From: Escherichia coli
GTDB taxonomy: Bacteria > Pseudomonadota > Gammaproteobacteria > Enterobacterales > Enterobacteriaceae
NCBI RefSeq assembly: GCF_046105845.1
Contig: NZ_CP151004.1
DNA: 64,000 nucleotides
Direction: 5' to 3' (one strand)
The translations under genes and the position numbers were made by a program. This document shows, one piece after another, positions 24,784 to 37,594 of this stretch; the stretch's first letter is position 1; every line of letters begins with the position of its first letter. The notes below the pieces were generated by a model. It searched no databases, was not told the origin of the DNA, and saw only the letters and a list, made by a program, of their open reading frames with translations.

Positions 24784-26247
24784 TTACATCTTGGTATAAG
24801 GCTTAAAGCGTTCCTGCAGCTGGCGCAACTGGTCGATGCGCGCATCGTAACGCGCTTGTTGCAGGCTGCCTAATTTCACCTGCGAACTGGCGCTACTCAA
24901 CAAGGAAATGGCCTGATCGAGTCGCCCGGCGAGCGCATAACCTTCTGCTCGCGCAGCCAGTTCCTGATCGCGGTTATTTAGCGCCGCCTCCGCCTGTGCC
25001 AGTAAATCCCAGCCATTGCTGTCATCTTTATTATTAAAGGTGTAGCGATTGAGAATATTGGCCGCTTCTTGTGGTTGACCGCCTTGCAGATAAGCGTTCG
25101 CCAGGTTGAGCTGCAACACCGGATTGGTGCGCAAATCGCGGGCATTTTTCAGGCGATTGATAGCGTCATTGGCTTTGTTTTGCCCAAGATCGATATCGGT
25201 AGCCAGATCGAGATACCATGCATTGCCAGGTTCTGCCGCCAGTAACGGTTGCAGCGTTTTACGCGCTTCGTCGTATTTATTGGCTTCCATCGCCTGTAAA
25301 GCACGACCATATTGCGCCGCTCGTTGCTGACGAACGTTTCCTTTCGCCCATTCATCCAGCAAATCACTGGTGAGCTGGTTACGTCCGGAATTATACATCC
25401 CCAGTGTGCGCGCTTTCGCCAGATAGAAATCTTCCGACGACTGCACCACCATCGGGCGCATCTGATTAGCACGGTTGCGGGCATCTGCCAGACGACTTTC
25501 CGGCAATGGGTGAGTCAATAAAATTTCCGGCGGACGCGAGGAGTAACGCGCCTGATCGAGCAATTTTTCGAGGAAGGTCGGCATCGCCTGCGGATCGAAT
25601 CCTGAGCGTTGCAGCACCTGAATACCAATGCGATCCGCTTCCTGTTCATTTTGCTGGGTGAAGCTGATCATCCCCTGGCGAGTTCCCGCCAGTGTACCGG
25701 TCAGCGCTGCCATCCCCGCCTGCGGACTGGCCATCGCCAGTAAAATAGAACCTAACGCGCCGACCCAGGTCAGCGGCGCGCTGCGCTGTTGATCTTCCAT
25801 CGCTCGCGCCAGGTGACGTTGGGTGACGTGGGAGATTTCGTGCGCCATAACTGAAGCCAGTTGACTTTCGTTATCGGAATAACGGAACAGGGCAGAGTGC
25901 AGCACCACGTTGCCGCCAAAGAAAGCAAAGGCGTTAATTTCGTCGTTGTTGATCAGAAAGAAATGAAACGGTGTCTTAACCGAATTGGCATGCGAAACCA
26001 GACGCATCCCCAGCGAATTAATATATTGCGTTAACAGCGGGTCATTAATTAACGGCGCGCTGCCGCGTAGCTGGCGGACATAATAGTCGCCCATCTGCAT
26101 TTCCTGGCCAATGGAAAGCGTGCTTCCTGCGGAGGTTCCCATATCCGGCAAGGTGTCTGCGCTGTCGGCAAACGCCGGGGCTACCTGACCAATGGTCATA
26201 GCAGCAATGAGGGTTGCAACCAGGTTTTTTTTCAACTGCCTGAACAT
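24784..26247 (-). CDS. bepA: Periplasmic beta-barrel assembly-enhancing protease BepA (YfgC), M48 peptidase plus TPR
   Basis: 487 aa; signal peptide, HEISH zinc motif. Confidence 0.95.
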   Translation of the reverse strand: MFRQLKKNLVATLIAAMTIGQVAPAFADSADTLPDMGTSAGSTLSIGQEMQMGDYYVRQLRGSAPLINDPLLTQYINSLGMRLVSHANSVKTPFHFFLINNDEINAFAFFGGNVVLHSALFRYSDNESQLASVMAHEISHVTQRHLARAMEDQQRSAPLTWVGALGSILLAMASPQAGMAALTGTLAGTRQGMISFTQQNEQEADRIGIQVLQRSGFDPQAMPTFLEKLLDQARYSSRPPEILLTHPLPESRLADARNRANQMRPMVVQSSEDFYLAKARTLGMYNSGRNQLTSDLLDEWAKGNVRQQRAAQYGRALQAMEANKYDEARKTLQPLLAAEPGNAWYLDLATDIDLGQNKANDAINRLKNARDLRTNPVLQLNLANAYLQGGQPQEAANILNRYTFNNKDDSNGWDLLAQAEAALNNRDQELAARAEGYALAGRLDQAISLLSSASSQVKLGSLQQARYDARIDQLRQLQERFKPYTKM

Positions 26248-26459
26248 AACCTCTATCCTGTATTTCTGAAGATAGTCATTTGACCGATACTGTGAAATAT
26301 CGTTCCCACCGCGCCGCCTTTGAGTGTAACGGCGAAGATTAGCCCACTCAAATGACTTTTCAGTTTCCTGAATCCGTCATAAAAAGCGAAGTCTTTTTTG
26401 TGACATTTCGATACAATTGCGGATCGCAATCCCGCTCTTGAGGTTCAGGGAAGGTCTTT

Positions 26460-27521
26460 ATGCTCGAAATGTTGATGCAATGGTATCGCCGCCGTTTTAG
26501 CGACCCGGAAGCGATTGCCTTGCTGGTTATTTTAGTTGCCGGATTTGGCATTATCTTTTTCTTTAGTGGCCTGCTTGCTCCACTGTTGGTGGCTATTGTG
26601 CTGGCCTATTTGCTGGAATGGCCAACCGTGCGCCTGCAATCTATTGGCTGCTCCCGCCGCTGGGCGACGTCGATTGTATTGGTGGTTTTCGTCGGTATAT
26701 TGCTACTGATGGCGTTCGTGGTATTGCCTATCGCCTGGCAGCAGGGCATCTACTTAATTCGCGATATGCCGGGGATGCTCAATAAGCTTTCTGACTTTGC
26801 CGCCACGTTGCCGCGCCGCTATCCGGCGTTGATGGATGCGGGCATTATTGATGCAATGGCCGAAAATATGCGCAGTCGGATGCTGACCATGGGCGATTCG
26901 GTGGTGAAAATTTCCCTCGCCTCGCTGGTCGGTTTGCTGACCATTGCCGTCTATCTGGTGCTGGTACCATTGATGGTCTTCTTCCTGCTGAAAGACAAAG
27001 AGCAGATGCTGAACGCCGTTCGCCGGGTGCTGCCACGTAACCGTGGACTGGCAGGACAGGTGTGGAAGGAGATGAATCAACAAATCACCAACTATATCCG
27101 CGGCAAAGTGCTGGAGATGATCGTGGTGGGGATTGCCACCTGGCTGGGATTCTTACTCTTCGGGCTGAACTATTCGCTGCTGCTGGCTGTGCTGGTCGGC
27201 TTCTCGGTACTTATTCCGTACATTGGCGCATTTGTGGTGACCATTCCGGTGGTTGGCGTGGCGCTATTCCAGTTTGGTGCTGGCACGGAATTCTGGAGCT
27301 GCTTCGCGGTGTATCTGATCATTCAGGCGCTGGACGGCAACCTGTTAGTACCTGTGTTGTTCTCCGAAGCGGTTAACCTGCATCCGCTGGTCATTATTTT
27401 ATCAGTAGTGATCTTCGGTGGTTTGTGGGGATTCTGGGGCGTATTCTTCGCCATTCCATTGGCGACGCTGATCAAAGCCGTGATCCACGCCTGGCCCGAT
27501 GGGCAAATCGCGCAAGAATAA
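26460..27521 (+). CDS. perM: AI-2E family permease PerM (YfgO)
   Basis: 353 aa polytopic membrane protein; K-12 synteny. Confidence 0.9.
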   Translation: MLEMLMQWYRRRFSDPEAIALLVILVAGFGIIFFFSGLLAPLLVAIVLAYLLEWPTVRLQSIGCSRRWATSIVLVVFVGILLLMAFVVLPIAWQQGIYLIRDMPGMLNKLSDFAATLPRRYPALMDAGIIDAMAENMRSRMLTMGDSVVKISLASLVGLLTIAVYLVLVPLMVFFLLKDKEQMLNAVRRVLPRNRGLAGQVWKEMNQQITNYIRGKVLEMIVVGIATWLGFLLFGLNYSLLLAVLVGFSVLIPYIGAFVVTIPVVGVALFQFGAGTEFWSCFAVYLIIQALDGNLLVPVLFSEAVNLHPLVIILSVVIFGGLWGFWGVFFAIPLATLIKAVIHAWPDGQIAQE

Positions 27522-27525
27522 TCTT

Positions 27526-27558
27526 CAGCCCGACGAACTGTTTCGCCGGGCTGATTTT
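27526..27558 (+). terminator. Terminator between convergent perM and focB
   Basis: cagcccgacgaa ctgt ttcgccgggctg then attttt. Confidence 0.5.
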
Positions 27559-28407
27559 TCAGGATTCCTGACGTAAATAAATAGCCCGATAACAAATACT
27601 CACCAGCACTGCACCGCCGATAATATTACCCAGCATCACCGGGAGCAGATTGGCGGTAATAAAATGGCTGACCGTCAGTGCCGGAAAATGGTCTGCGCTA
27701 CTGTGCGCCAGTTGCCAGAAGGAGGTAGGGGCGAAATGGCGAATGGCAATGGCGAACGGAATCACAAACAAATTGGCGATACAGTGCTCAAAGCCACTGG
27801 CGACAAACAGGGTGATGGGCAAAATCATGGCGACGATTTTGTCGCATAATGAACGTCCGCAATAACTCATCCACAGCGCCAGACAAACCATCAGATTGCA
27901 CATAATGCCGAGGCTGACTGATTCAGTAAATGTATGATGCATTTTGCCCTCGGCGCAGTGTAAAACCGCGACTCCCCACATCGCGTTTTCACTCATCACC
28001 AGCCCGGAAAACCAGATTAACAAACTGAAACAGGCAATACCTGCCAGATTACCGCAGGCCACCAGAAGTGCATTAATCAGCCATGTTCGCCAGCTAATAA
28101 CGCCCCGACTTTTTGCCATCACCGTCATTACCGACGAGGTGAACAGGCTGGTGCCGCAAACCGCCAGCAAAATAAAGCCGAGCGTAAAGCAAAGGCCTCC
28201 CACCAGATGGGTTAATGCCTGTGAAGACGGGGCATCGGCGATAACGGTAAGGTAAAAAGTAAATCCGATCGCCATAAACACGCCTGCGGACATCGCCATT
28301 AAAAAGACCGACACTTTGCTGCGGGCAATTTTATGGGCGGCAATCCGTTCAGCGATTGCCGCTTTTCTGGCGCTCAACTGCAAGTCGAAAGAGAGTTTGT
28401 TTCTCAT
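27559..28407 (-). CDS. focB: Formate channel FocB
   Basis: 282 aa FNT-family membrane protein, last gene of hyf operon. Confidence 0.9.
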   Translation of the reverse strand: MRNKLSFDLQLSARKAAIAERIAAHKIARSKVSVFLMAMSAGVFMAIGFTFYLTVIADAPSSQALTHLVGGLCFTLGFILLAVCGTSLFTSSVMTVMAKSRGVISWRTWLINALLVACGNLAGIACFSLLIWFSGLVMSENAMWGVAVLHCAEGKMHHTFTESVSLGIMCNLMVCLALWMSYCGRSLCDKIVAMILPITLFVASGFEHCIANLFVIPFAIAIRHFAPTSFWQLAHSSADHFPALTVSHFITANLLPVMLGNIIGGAVLVSICYRAIYLRQES

Positions 28408-28428
28408 GAATACTCCTGCAAAAGCAGA

Positions 28429-30441
28429 TTACAACACCTCGCGAACCGAGATCCCCAGCCGCTGCATTCGTGACAGCAGCGTGGTGCGCTTCATCCCTAA
28501 TCGCGTCGCCGCGCCACGTGGCCCGGCAACAATGCCATTGGTTTCTCGCAATACCTGAACAATGCGCTGACGTTCTTCTTCGTCATTCTCTGGCGTCGTC
28601 GGGTGCAGCAACTGCGCCATTGAACTGCGAAGCGCTGAATCTTCATTTAGCGTCGGCAGTAAACGGCTTTGTCGGACATTTAGATGTAAATTCAGACTGT
28701 TACCGCGAGTCAGTAGTACCGCTCGCTCAATCACGTTTTCCAGCTCGCGCACGTTGCCCGGCCAGTCCCACGACATCAACTGGCGTAGCGCCTCGGTCGG
28801 GATGGCGTCAATTGCGCGATTCATATGGCGCGCCATTTTTTGCGTGAAATGCTTTGCTAAAAGAGGGATATCTTCCGGACGGTCGCGCAGTGGCGGCAGT
28901 TCCAGTGGGAAGACATTCAGGCGATAAAAGAGATCGCTGCGAAACTGGCGATCTTCAACCATTTGCCGCAAATCACGGTTGGTGGCGGCAATGACTTTGA
29001 CATTTACCGGGATCGTTCTACTCCCGCCGAGACGCTCAATCTCCCGTTCCTGCAATACGCGCAGCAGTTTAGGCTGAAGTTCTAACGGCAGATCGCCAAT
29101 TTCATCGAGAAACAACGTGCCGCCATCGGCAATTTCAAAACGACCACGATGGGTATTAATCGCACCAGTAAACGCCCCTTTGTCATGACCGAATAACTCA
29201 CTTTCCAGAAGACTGGCGGGGATGGCAGCGCAGTTGATTTTGACCAGCGGCTTGTCGCGTCGCGGGCTAAGTTGATGGATCGCTCTGGCGATCACCTCTT
29301 TGCCGGTTCCGGTTTCACCACAAATCAACACCGTACTGTCGCTCTTCGCCACAATATCTACCTGCTGGAGCAGGTCTTCCATTGCCTGGCTTTGATAGAT
29401 AATGTCACCGACGCCCAGATTCGAAAGGAGCTGCTCGCTAAGCTGGTGGTTTTCTTGCTGCAAGCTTTCCTGCAAATCGGTCATGCTGCGCCAGGCATCG
29501 GCATTGCCAACGGCAATAGCGATGCGATCGGCAATATGTTGTAGTAGTTGGCAGTTTTCCTCACTAAAGAGAGTGGAAGAGGTATGCGCCAGCAACAATG
29601 CACCCGGTGTATGGTTGCCAAAGGTGAGCGGTATAAGGAGCGCAGATTCGCAGCCGTTAGATGCAAGTAAGTGTAATAACGGGTCGCGTTGCCAGAGAAA
29701 CAGATCGTCTGCACGGTGCGTCAAGGTCGGTTGTCGGGTTTGTAGCGTTTGTGTCAGCAATACACTTTCGCCAGGCATACAGCGTGGCAGACACGCACAA
29801 TGTGAGGCAGAAAGATCGCTGCACCACAGGCTGAACTTCTCGTTCTTTCGATGATCGCCCAGTACCATACTGACTGAAGCCAGACCGAAAAAATGATGGA
29901 TCTCACGAGCGACGTCAGCGATCAGATCGTCGAGATCAAGATGTGACAACACTGCATTAGTGATATCCACCAGTACCCGATGATGATCGCGATCTTTCTC
30001 CAGCAAACGCAGCGCCACCTGCTGTTCTTCATCATTGAGCCATGATTGCAGAACCGGAGTGATTATGTGTGCCAGCCAGTTAAACAGTGTGCAATCCTGG
30101 GGAGTAAAACGACTGCCGTGGGTGCGAATAAAGCGTAGCTCCGCCATTCCACTACTGCCGAGAAGGACGGCGTGGCGCGAATAATCGACCATCTCACCCT
30201 GATACTCTGTTGTTGCCGTCACATCGCTGCCATCATCATGGTAGCGGTAATAGAAGTTGCTTTTGAGAACATGCAGTTCAATAAGTTGTACCGGGCTGAA
30301 CGGCGGCGGCAGCGGGATGAAGGCGCGTAATAAAGACGCCTTGCCGTGTTTCTGCGCTAACCGCTCCGCGAGCATTCCGTTTACCGCTTCAATTGTTATT
30401 CCTTGCGGCGGGGCAAACATCGCCTCGTCTGACATAGCCAT
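28429..30441 (-). CDS. hyfR: Sigma-54-dependent transcriptional activator HyfR
   Basis: GAF plus AAA+ ([14 protein letters not shown]) plus HTH; about 670 aa. Confidence 0.92.
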   Translation of the reverse strand: MAMSDEAMFAPPQGITIEAVNGMLAERLAQKHGKASLLRAFIPLPPPFSPVQLIELHVLKSNFYYRYHDDGSDVTATTEYQGEMVDYSRHAVLLGSSGMAELRFIRTHGSRFTPQDCTLFNWLAHIITPVLQSWLNDEEQQVALRLLEKDRDHHRVLVDITNAVLSHLDLDDLIADVAREIHHFFGLASVSMVLGDHRKNEKFSLWCSDLSASHCACLPRCMPGESVLLTQTLQTRQPTLTHRADDLFLWQRDPLLHLLASNGCESALLIPLTFGNHTPGALLLAHTSSTLFSEENCQLLQHIADRIAIAVGNADAWRSMTDLQESLQQENHQLSEQLLSNLGVGDIIYQSQAMEDLLQQVDIVAKSDSTVLICGETGTGKEVIARAIHQLSPRRDKPLVKINCAAIPASLLESELFGHDKGAFTGAINTHRGRFEIADGGTLFLDEIGDLPLELQPKLLRVLQEREIERLGGSRTIPVNVKVIAATNRDLRQMVEDRQFRSDLFYRLNVFPLELPPLRDRPEDIPLLAKHFTQKMARHMNRAIDAIPTEALRQLMSWDWPGNVRELENVIERAVLLTRGNSLNLHLNVRQSRLLPTLNEDSALRSSMAQLLHPTTPENDEEERQRIVQVLRETNGIVAGPRGAATRLGMKRTTLLSRMQRLGISVREVL

Positions 30442-30470
30442 CAACAGTCCTTATTAATGAGAAATCCTTC

Positions 30471-30884
30471 TCACGCAATTTTTCTGGCCATCAGATAGAT
30501 GGCCGGTTCCTGCACAATTTCATCCAACAGATGAATGAATTGAATGCTACGCGCCTGCCACACAGACGTCGCGTCATCCGCCAGTGGCGCGAATGCCCGG
30601 GTCAACAGGGCGGTGTGGCTGGTGTCAATAACAATCTCACCAAAAGTCATCACCCCCAGCATCTTACGTCGGGCTTGCTCCTCTTCGACCAGTGCAAGCC
30701 AATCTTCGTATTCCGTCAGTGGGCAGCGGAAGGCGACATTCAGACAATCAATCACGCCAACGTGATGGCCGATAGCCAACGAGTAATACATTACCTGGGA
30801 GCTGTGTTCCGGCATCTCGTCGCTACTGGCGATAAATTTTTTTCGCAGCGTCCAGAAAACAATTTCCCCGCACGCCTCAGCCAT
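30471..30884 (-). CDS. hyfJ: Hydrogenase-4 component HyfJ
   Basis: 137 aa; synteny. Confidence 0.9.
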   Translation of the reverse strand: MAEACGEIVFWTLRKKFIASSDEMPEHSSQVMYYSLAIGHHVGVIDCLNVAFRCPLTEYEDWLALVEEEQARRKMLGVMTFGEIVIDTSHTALLTRAFAPLADDATSVWQARSIQFIHLLDEIVQEPAIYLMARKIA

Positions 30885-31635
30885 GTAACCCCCGGAGAAC
30901 GCGAAAGAGTTGCTGAACGATACTATTGAGACGCGGATCGTCGGCTTCGCGCAACCAGGTGTTAACCCGATTTCCTGTAGGATCGTCGCTTAAATGGCGC
31001 AGGAGTCGATCGCAAATTTCTCGCCCCTGACGATAGCCCGCCAGCCGCCGCGCTTCTCGCTCAATGGCGATACGCTGTGATGGCGGGATCTGCGGCCACA
31101 GCGGTTGCATGGTCACTCCGGTGGGATCGCGATAATCCACAGCGTGAATCTTCTGTTGCAGCAAACCGAGCGCCACGGCGAAACCGTGAATGGTGGCGGC
31201 CGGTGTTGGCGGGCAGCCGGGGATCCAAACATCAATGGGGACAATGGTGTCGCTACCGCCCCAGACGCTGTAGAGATCGTGGAAAATACCGCCGCCGACA
31301 CCGCACGCGCCGTAGGAAACACAAATTTTATGATCGGGGGCAGACTCATACGCCCGAAGTGCAGGCATACGCATCGCCCGGGTGACTGCGCCAGTAAATA
31401 ACAAAATATCGGCGTGACGCGGTGAAGAAACAACCTTAATGCCAAAACGTTCTGCGTCGAATACGGGTGTGATGGCAGCAAAAATTTCGATTTCACAGGC
31501 GTTGCAGCCGCCGCAATCGACGCGATAAACGTAAGCCGAGCGACGGATATCCTGTAACAAATGCTGCTTCATCTTTTGCGTTTGCTCGTCCAGCGTGATG
31601 GGCTGGCTGACATGTTGCGTAAGCACTGGACTCAT
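30877..31635 (-). CDS. hyfI: Hydrogenase-4 small subunit HyfI (NuoB-like)
   Basis: 252 aa; Cys motifs GCGGC, CPP. Confidence 0.93.
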   Translation of the reverse strand: MSPVLTQHVSQPITLDEQTQKMKQHLLQDIRRSAYVYRVDCGGCNACEIEIFAAITPVFDAERFGIKVVSSPRHADILLFTGAVTRAMRMPALRAYESAPDHKICVSYGACGVGGGIFHDLYSVWGGSDTIVPIDVWIPGCPPTPAATIHGFAVALGLLQQKIHAVDYRDPTGVTMQPLWPQIPPSQRIAIEREARRLAGYRQGREICDRLLRHLSDDPTGNRVNTWLREADDPRLNSIVQQLFRVLRGLHG

Positions 31636-32177
31636 AGCTGCTCCTTAGCCACCAGCGGTTCATCTGTGTCGTCGTTGATCAGCGTCGCGCGTTGTTTGCA
31701 TTCCGGGCAGACGCTCGCTTGCGCCCGTAACATTTCGCGGTTTTGTGGCGCATTTTGTTGCTGTGCCAACAGTTCTGCAGCCAGTGCGACGGTTTTTTGC
31801 GGGGCAAACGGGCGTTCGCAACGGCTGCAACGTTGTAGATGGAACGTCGCGCGGGTATAGAGATCGGCTTTATTGGTGACGGTCAGTTCAAAGTTATTGG
31901 TAAGCTGAATGGCTCTGGTCGGGCACACTTCTTCACAACGTCCGCAGTAAATACAACGCCCCAGATAGAGCTGCCAGGTGCGCGAATTTTGCTGGTCGTC
32001 GGTCTGGATAGTCAGCGCATTTGCCGGACAAGCACAGGCGCAGGCACCACAGGCAATACATTGGCTGGGCATCAGGTCCGGTTTCCCGCGAAAGCCTGGG
32101 CTGACCTCCAGTGGCGCGAAGGGATATTTCACCGTCGCGGTTCCGGCGCGCATAATAGTTTTCAGTAACTTCAGCAT
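31632..32177 (-). CDS. hyfH: Hydrogenase-4 ferredoxin subunit HyfH (2x[4Fe-4S])
   Basis: 181 aa; CxxCxxCxxxCP motifs. Confidence 0.93.
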   Translation of the reverse strand: MLKLLKTIMRAGTATVKYPFAPLEVSPGFRGKPDLMPSQCIACGACACACPANALTIQTDDQQNSRTWQLYLGRCIYCGRCEEVCPTRAIQLTNNFELTVTNKADLYTRATFHLQRCSRCERPFAPQKTVALAAELLAQQQNAPQNREMLRAQASVCPECKQRATLINDDTDEPLVAKEQL

Positions 32178-32186
32178 CTTCTGTCC

Positions 32187-33902
32187 TTACTTCAGCGGCG
32201 AACGGTTACGATCAATGCCGTAGCGTTCGATCTCTTTATACGGCACGGTTTTTGACTGGCGCTTGCGCACATCAACCAGCGTCACACGGTCGGTACAGGA
32301 GTAGCAGGGATCAAGGCTACCGATAATTAGCGGTGCGTCAGAAACGGTATTGCCGCGCAGCATGTAACGCAGCACTGGCCAGTTGGCGTAGGTGGCGGCA
32401 CGACAGCGCCAGCGGAACAATTTTTGGTTATCACCGAGCATGCTCCAGTGCACGTCTTCACCGCGTGGCGCTTCAACAAAGCCCAGCGCGAATGCGTGAG
32501 GTTTATAGCTAAAGCCTTCGGTCAGCAGTGGGGTATCCGGCATGTTGTCGAGGGCAAATTCCAGCATTGCCAGCGAATCAAACGTCTCTTTGACACGGAC
32601 CATCACGCGGGAGAAGACATCGCCGCCGGTAAAGGTAAACAGCGTTTTGGGAATATTGCCGTAGTCGGCGTAGGGGTGATCAAAGCGCAAATCACGGGCA
32701 AAACCACTGCCGCGGATCAGCGGCCCGACAGGGCTATAATCACGGGCGATTTGTCGGTCGAGAATGCCAATGCCCTGAGTGCGTTGTTCCATATTCGGCG
32801 TGGCAAGCAGCATCTCTACCAGCTCCGACACGTCGGCGCGCATCTCGCGCACCAGTTTCAGCGTTTGCAGACGTTGCTCTTTGAGAATATCGCGGCGAAC
32901 ACCACCAATCAGATTCAGACCGTAGGTTTTACGCGACCCGGTCAGCAATTCCGCCATCGTCATCGACTTTTCCCGCACGCGGAAAAATTGCATAAAGCCG
33001 GTATCAAATCCAACAAAATGGCAGGAGAGGCCAAGGTTGAGCAAATGACTATGCAGCCGTTCGACTTCCAGCAGAATCGAGCGAATAGTATGCGCTCGTT
33101 GCGGCACCTCAATCCCCAGTGCATTTTCAACCGAGTTGGTATAGGCCACACTGTGGGCAAAACCGCAAATCCCACACACGCGGTCGGATAAGAAGGTCAC
33201 TTCGTTGTAGCCCATCCGCGTTTCTGCCAGTTTCTCCATGCCGCGATGGACATAAAACAGGCGGTAATCAGCATCGACAATTTGCTCGCCATCCACAAAC
33301 AAGCGGAAGTGACCTGGTTCATCGGAGGTGATATGCAGCGGGCCGACAGGGATCACCCGCGCATCGCTGTTGCCCTCGTTGATAAACGGATACGTTTCGG
33401 TATCAGTCGTCGGTTCTGGGCGCAGTCGATAATCCATCGCGTCTTTGCGCAGCGGATGCATATCTTCCGGCCAGTCATCGGGCAACACCAGCCGACGCTG
33501 ATCCGGCAGGCCAACCGGAATCAGCCCGTACATATCGCGAATTTCTCGCTCGCCCCAGACCGCGGCAGGGACGCGCGGTGTGACTGACGGAAACTCCCGA
33601 CTGTCGGCATCGACCAGTGCCTTCACCACAATCCAGCATTTTTCGGCCCCTTCCATAGAAAGGGCGTAATAAACCGCGTAATGACCGTTAAGTGTCCGCT
33701 CGTCGTTGCCAAACAGGACCGGAAGCCAGCCATCATGTTGATAATAAAGATAATGTACAACGTCAGGCAGCAGATTGATTTTCACCGTAATGGTGACCTG
33801 TTCAGGCGTTTGTCGCTCTTCATCCAGCACCGCGCCGGGGAACTGCGTTTTCAGGGCGGCGAGAATCGCTTCGCCACGATTTGACGATGAATTAACGTTC
33901 AC
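32187..33902 (-). CDS. hyfG: Hydrogenase-4 large (NiFe) subunit HyfG; start codon uncertain
   Basis: RxCGxC N-terminal and DPCxxC C-terminal NiFe ligand motifs; start placed at GTG (VNVNSSS), ORF track extends further. Confidence 0.85.
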   Translation of the reverse strand: MNVNSSSNRGEAILAALKTQFPGAVLDEERQTPEQVTITVKINLLPDVVHYLYYQHDGWLPVLFGNDERTLNGHYAVYYALSMEGAEKCWIVVKALVDADSREFPSVTPRVPAAVWGEREIRDMYGLIPVGLPDQRRLVLPDDWPEDMHPLRKDAMDYRLRPEPTTDTETYPFINEGNSDARVIPVGPLHITSDEPGHFRLFVDGEQIVDADYRLFYVHRGMEKLAETRMGYNEVTFLSDRVCGICGFAHSVAYTNSVENALGIEVPQRAHTIRSILLEVERLHSHLLNLGLSCHFVGFDTGFMQFFRVREKSMTMAELLTGSRKTYGLNLIGGVRRDILKEQRLQTLKLVREMRADVSELVEMLLATPNMEQRTQGIGILDRQIARDYSPVGPLIRGSGFARDLRFDHPYADYGNIPKTLFTFTGGDVFSRVMVRVKETFDSLAMLEFALDNMPDTPLLTEGFSYKPHAFALGFVEAPRGEDVHWSMLGDNQKLFRWRCRAATYANWPVLRYMLRGNTVSDAPLIIGSLDPCYSCTDRVTLVDVRKRQSKTVPYKEIERYGIDRNRSPLK

Positions 33903-35472
33903 TGTGTTTCTCCGAAACAGATGCGGTGCCTGAAGGCAAAAAATCATGCCAGGTGCTACGTTGTGCAGGCAGGTCGTGCGTCCCTGAGAGGACTATAGTG
34001 GAAGCGCCTGCCAGGATCCTGATGACAGGTTGTGGAATATGCGTTCCCATCGCCAGCATCATGACCAGCAGAATCACCATTGGCGAGGTGGTCAACCAGC
34101 CAAGTTCACCCCGGTTAACGGCCTGCGGCGGTTTCGCCATTAACACCCGCGCAGCCATCCGTACCAGGCCCGCCAGCACCAGCGTTAACAGCAATAACAG
34201 CAGGACGATAAGCAGCAGATGATTACGCGCCAGTCCGGCGGTAACGGTCATAAATTCGCTAAGAAAAATGTTGAAGGGCGGCATCCCGGCCAGCGCCAGC
34301 GCACCGCCGCCAAACAACACGGCGGTAAATGGCATGATTTTGAGCATCCCACAGACGACGTTGAGATCGCGCGTGCCGTACTTGAGCAGTACATTGCCGG
34401 AACCGCAGAACAACAGCGTTTTGGCCAGACTGTGGTTTAAGGTGTGCAGCAGCGCGGCAAAAATTCCCAGCGGCCCGCCAATGCCTAACGCCACCGCGAC
34501 CAGTCCCATGTTCTCCACGCTGGAGTACGCCAGCAGACGCTTAATGTCCCGCTGTACCAGAATGAAAAATGCCGCCACGGCAACCGACAACATGCCGAAG
34601 ATGAGCAACAACCGGTTGGGGAAATCGCTGCCGATGGCCTGGCAAATAATGATGTAATAGCGAATCAGCACCAACAGCGCGCAGTTCAGCAATACGGCGG
34701 AGAGCAGGGCGCTGACCGGACTCGGCGCTTCACTGTGAGCATCCGGCAGCCAGGCGTGCATGGGAAATAGCCCGGTTTTGGTGCCAAAGCCAATTAGCAC
34801 AAACACAAAGGCCAACAGCATTAATGTTGGGTCAAGCAAGGACGATTGCTTAAGAACCTCGCTCCAGAATATCGCCATTTCTGCCTGCGGCATAACGCTG
34901 GCGGCGTTGGCGTATACCAGCACGGTACCGAACAGACCAAAAGCGACACCAACAGTACAAATAATGATGTACTTCCATGCAGCTTCCAGCGATGAACGCT
35001 GACCGTAAATGCCTACCAGAAACGCCGAGCTTAAGGTGGTGGCTTCGATCGCCGCCCACATCACAATCAGGTTATTGCTGGTAACAACCAGCAGCATGGT
35101 GAACAAAAACAGATGGAAGAAACCGTAGTAATCGCACAGCGTAACGGGTGAAAGCTCGCCGTGCTCCACTTCATGACGCATGTAGCCAATCGAGTAAACA
35201 CCGGTGAGAAAGCCAATCACACCAAGAATGGCGAGGAACAAACCGCCCAGACCATCAATATGAAGCCACAGTCCCGCAGCGAATATTTCTCCCGCATCAG
35301 CGGCAGTTTGGACCACCCAGAGTGCCAGAATCAGCAGCAGTGTGATCCCTAAGCTATGTAATACTGTCACCGCGCAAGTCGCAGAGTGCCCCCGTTTCCG
35401 GCAGGCAAAACAGAGCAGCGAAAAAAGCAGCGGCGTGAGCAGGAGTAAAGCGAACATCACAGAATAACTCAT
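33892..35472 (-). CDS. hyfF: Hydrogenase-4 membrane subunit HyfF (NuoM/N-like antiporter module)
   Basis: 526 aa polytopic. Confidence 0.93.
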   Translation of the reverse strand: MSYSVMFALLLLTPLLFSLLCFACRKRGHSATCAVTVLHSLGITLLLILALWVVQTAADAGEIFAAGLWLHIDGLGGLFLAILGVIGFLTGVYSIGYMRHEVEHGELSPVTLCDYYGFFHLFLFTMLLVVTSNNLIVMWAAIEATTLSSAFLVGIYGQRSSLEAAWKYIIICTVGVAFGLFGTVLVYANAASVMPQAEMAIFWSEVLKQSSLLDPTLMLLAFVFVLIGFGTKTGLFPMHAWLPDAHSEAPSPVSALLSAVLLNCALLVLIRYYIIICQAIGSDFPNRLLLIFGMLSVAVAAFFILVQRDIKRLLAYSSVENMGLVAVALGIGGPLGIFAALLHTLNHSLAKTLLFCGSGNVLLKYGTRDLNVVCGMLKIMPFTAVLFGGGALALAGMPPFNIFLSEFMTVTAGLARNHLLLIVLLLLLLTLVLAGLVRMAARVLMAKPPQAVNRGELGWLTTSPMVILLVMMLAMGTHIPQPVIRILAGASTIVLSGTHDLPAQRSTWHDFLPSGTASVSEKHSER

Positions 35473-35476
35473 CTCA

Positions 35477-36127
35477 TTATCCCTTCAGCGCGGTCAAGTT
35501 GTTCACGTCCAGCGTGCCGTGGGTACGCCATATTTTTCTTGCCAGTAACACCATCACAATGACGGCGAAGATGGCGTCGGTAGCGATACCAATTTCCACC
35601 AGTTCCGGTGCACGCCAGGCTAGAAGCGCCAGCACCAGATGGGAGCCGTTTTCCATCAGGCAGTAACCAAAGATTTGCCGCAGGATATTGCGCTGGCTGA
35701 CAATGCACAGCAGGCCAAGCAGAAAATGACCTAACGCTACCGCCAGCGCCGGTTTCAGCCCGGTAGCCATCGGTAGCTTCACGGGCTGAACGACAAATGC
35801 GCAAAGCAGGACAATTAACGCCGCGAGCAGTGCCATCATTGCCGGACCGAATAACGCTTTTTCCGGGATATTCTGGGGAATATTTCGTGCAGCGTAAGTC
35901 ATGATTAACGGTACCAGCAGCACTTTGGTGATAAAGGCGCTGGCGGACCAGATCAGCAGTTGCTCTGCGGCGAACAGGCACGAGAGAGTGGCGAAAATAG
36001 ACACCAGCACCAGCGACTGGCAGGCGTAAAATCCGCATGACAGGCGATAGCTTTTGACGCTAATCACAAACAGCGATGTCAGCATCATCAGTCCCGCCAG
36101 ATTATTTACGATCATAGAACCGGTCAT
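35477..36127 (-). CDS. hyfE: Hydrogenase-4 membrane subunit HyfE
   Basis: 216 aa polytopic. Confidence 0.92.
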   Translation of the reverse strand: MTGSMIVNNLAGLMMLTSLFVISVKSYRLSCGFYACQSLVLVSIFATLSCLFAAEQLLIWSASAFITKVLLVPLIMTYAARNIPQNIPEKALFGPAMMALLAALIVLLCAFVVQPVKLPMATGLKPALAVALGHFLLGLLCIVSQRNILRQIFGYCLMENGSHLVLALLAWRAPELVEIGIATDAIFAVIVMVLLARKIWRTHGTLDVNNLTALKG

Positions 36128-36138
36128 TCATCATCTCC

Positions 36139-37578
36139 TTACTGCAACCAGGTCGCGGCGATTACGCTGGAAATCAGCGACATCACAATCAGTACAATCA
36201 ACACCAGGCGCATTGATCCTGGCAGCGGTGCGGCATCGGCGACGGCCTCGCTCGGTTTGCCAGGCACGACGCGACCAAACCAGCGAATAAACCAGGCGAA
36301 ACTGGCGACCGATTCAATCATCAGCAGAATCATGGCGGGCAGCAGGATCCAGTACTCCACTGACAACGCAAAACCGGCGGCAAACAGCGGGAATTTACTG
36401 AAGAAGCCGTTGAACGGCGGTACGCCGGTAATCGCCAGCGCTGCCACGCAGAAACCCACGCCTGGCAACGGCAGGGTGTGCAATACGCCACGCAGACGCG
36501 GCAACAAGCGCGTGCCGCAGCTGTAACTCAGCGCACCTGCTACAAGGAAAAACAGGCTTTTAGCGAACGCGTGGTTGACGATGTAGGCGATGCTACCCTC
36601 CAGCGCCAGCCGCGAGCCGAAGATGGAGAGCGACAAGCCGAAGAACATCCAGCCAAGTTGAGTGATGGTCGACCAGGCCAGCAACCGCTTCATATCCTGC
36701 TGTGGCAAATACATCAGGAAGCCGTAAAGAATGGTGACCAGTGCCATAACCATGCCAACGCCGCCAATCACATGCGGGATATTGCCGCCGTCGATAATGG
36801 CACGGGCAAAAATGTAAACGCCCACTTTCACCATCGATGCGGCGTGGAGATAGGCGCTGATCGGTGTTGGCGCTTCCATTGCGTCCGGTAGCCACGCTTG
36901 CATCGGTAGCTGGGCCGATTTCCCCCACGCGGCAAACAGGATGCCGCCATAAACCAGATAACGTGCGTCGCCGTGTAACTCGCTCATCGCGCTAAGCGCA
37001 AACGTTCCGGTCTGCAAAAACAGCGTGGCGGCGGCAAGATACAACCCCAGCGAACCGATATGAGTGATAAGTAACGCTTTTAGTGCTGAACGCTGCGCTT
37101 TATCGCTCTGGTAATAACTGATCAACGCCCAGGAGCAGCCGCCCGTAATTTCAAAAAACAACAACTGACCGAGCAGCGTCGAGGAGAGTACCAGTCCCGC
37201 CATCGCGCCGATAAAAACCAGCAAAAATGCGTAATAACGATTCGTGCCGTTATGCGGGTGTTCGCGATTTTTATCCGTCAGATAACCCGTGGAGTAGATC
37301 GTGACCAGCAAACCGAGAAACACCACCACAAACAGAATCAGCGTACTCACGCGATCAATGACCAGGCCAAACAACGCCACATCCCCCACGTTGACCAACG
37401 TCAACGTGACGGCAACTTTATCGGCCTGATAAAACGCGGAGATCAGTGACAACATGCACAGCGTGGTCAGCGCGGCGAACAAAACCCCCCATTCGGCGGC
37501 CCGACGTTGTGGCGAAAACGAAACGACCAGTGCGCCGATAAAAGGCAGCATTAACGTCGTCAGAGCAAGATTTTCCAT
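36139..37578 (-). CDS. hyfD: Hydrogenase-4 membrane subunit HyfD (NuoL/M-like)
   Basis: 479 aa polytopic. Confidence 0.93.
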   Translation of the reverse strand: MENLALTTLMLPFIGALVVSFSPQRRAAEWGVLFAALTTLCMLSLISAFYQADKVAVTLTLVNVGDVALFGLVIDRVSTLILFVVVFLGLLVTIYSTGYLTDKNREHPHNGTNRYYAFLLVFIGAMAGLVLSSTLLGQLLFFEITGGCSWALISYYQSDKAQRSALKALLITHIGSLGLYLAAATLFLQTGTFALSAMSELHGDARYLVYGGILFAAWGKSAQLPMQAWLPDAMEAPTPISAYLHAASMVKVGVYIFARAIIDGGNIPHVIGGVGMVMALVTILYGFLMYLPQQDMKRLLAWSTITQLGWMFFGLSLSIFGSRLALEGSIAYIVNHAFAKSLFFLVAGALSYSCGTRLLPRLRGVLHTLPLPGVGFCVAALAITGVPPFNGFFSKFPLFAAGFALSVEYWILLPAMILLMIESVASFAWFIRWFGRVVPGKPSEAVADAAPLPGSMRLVLIVLIVMSLISSVIAATWLQ

Positions 37579-37594
37579 ATTCCGTCAGTGCTCC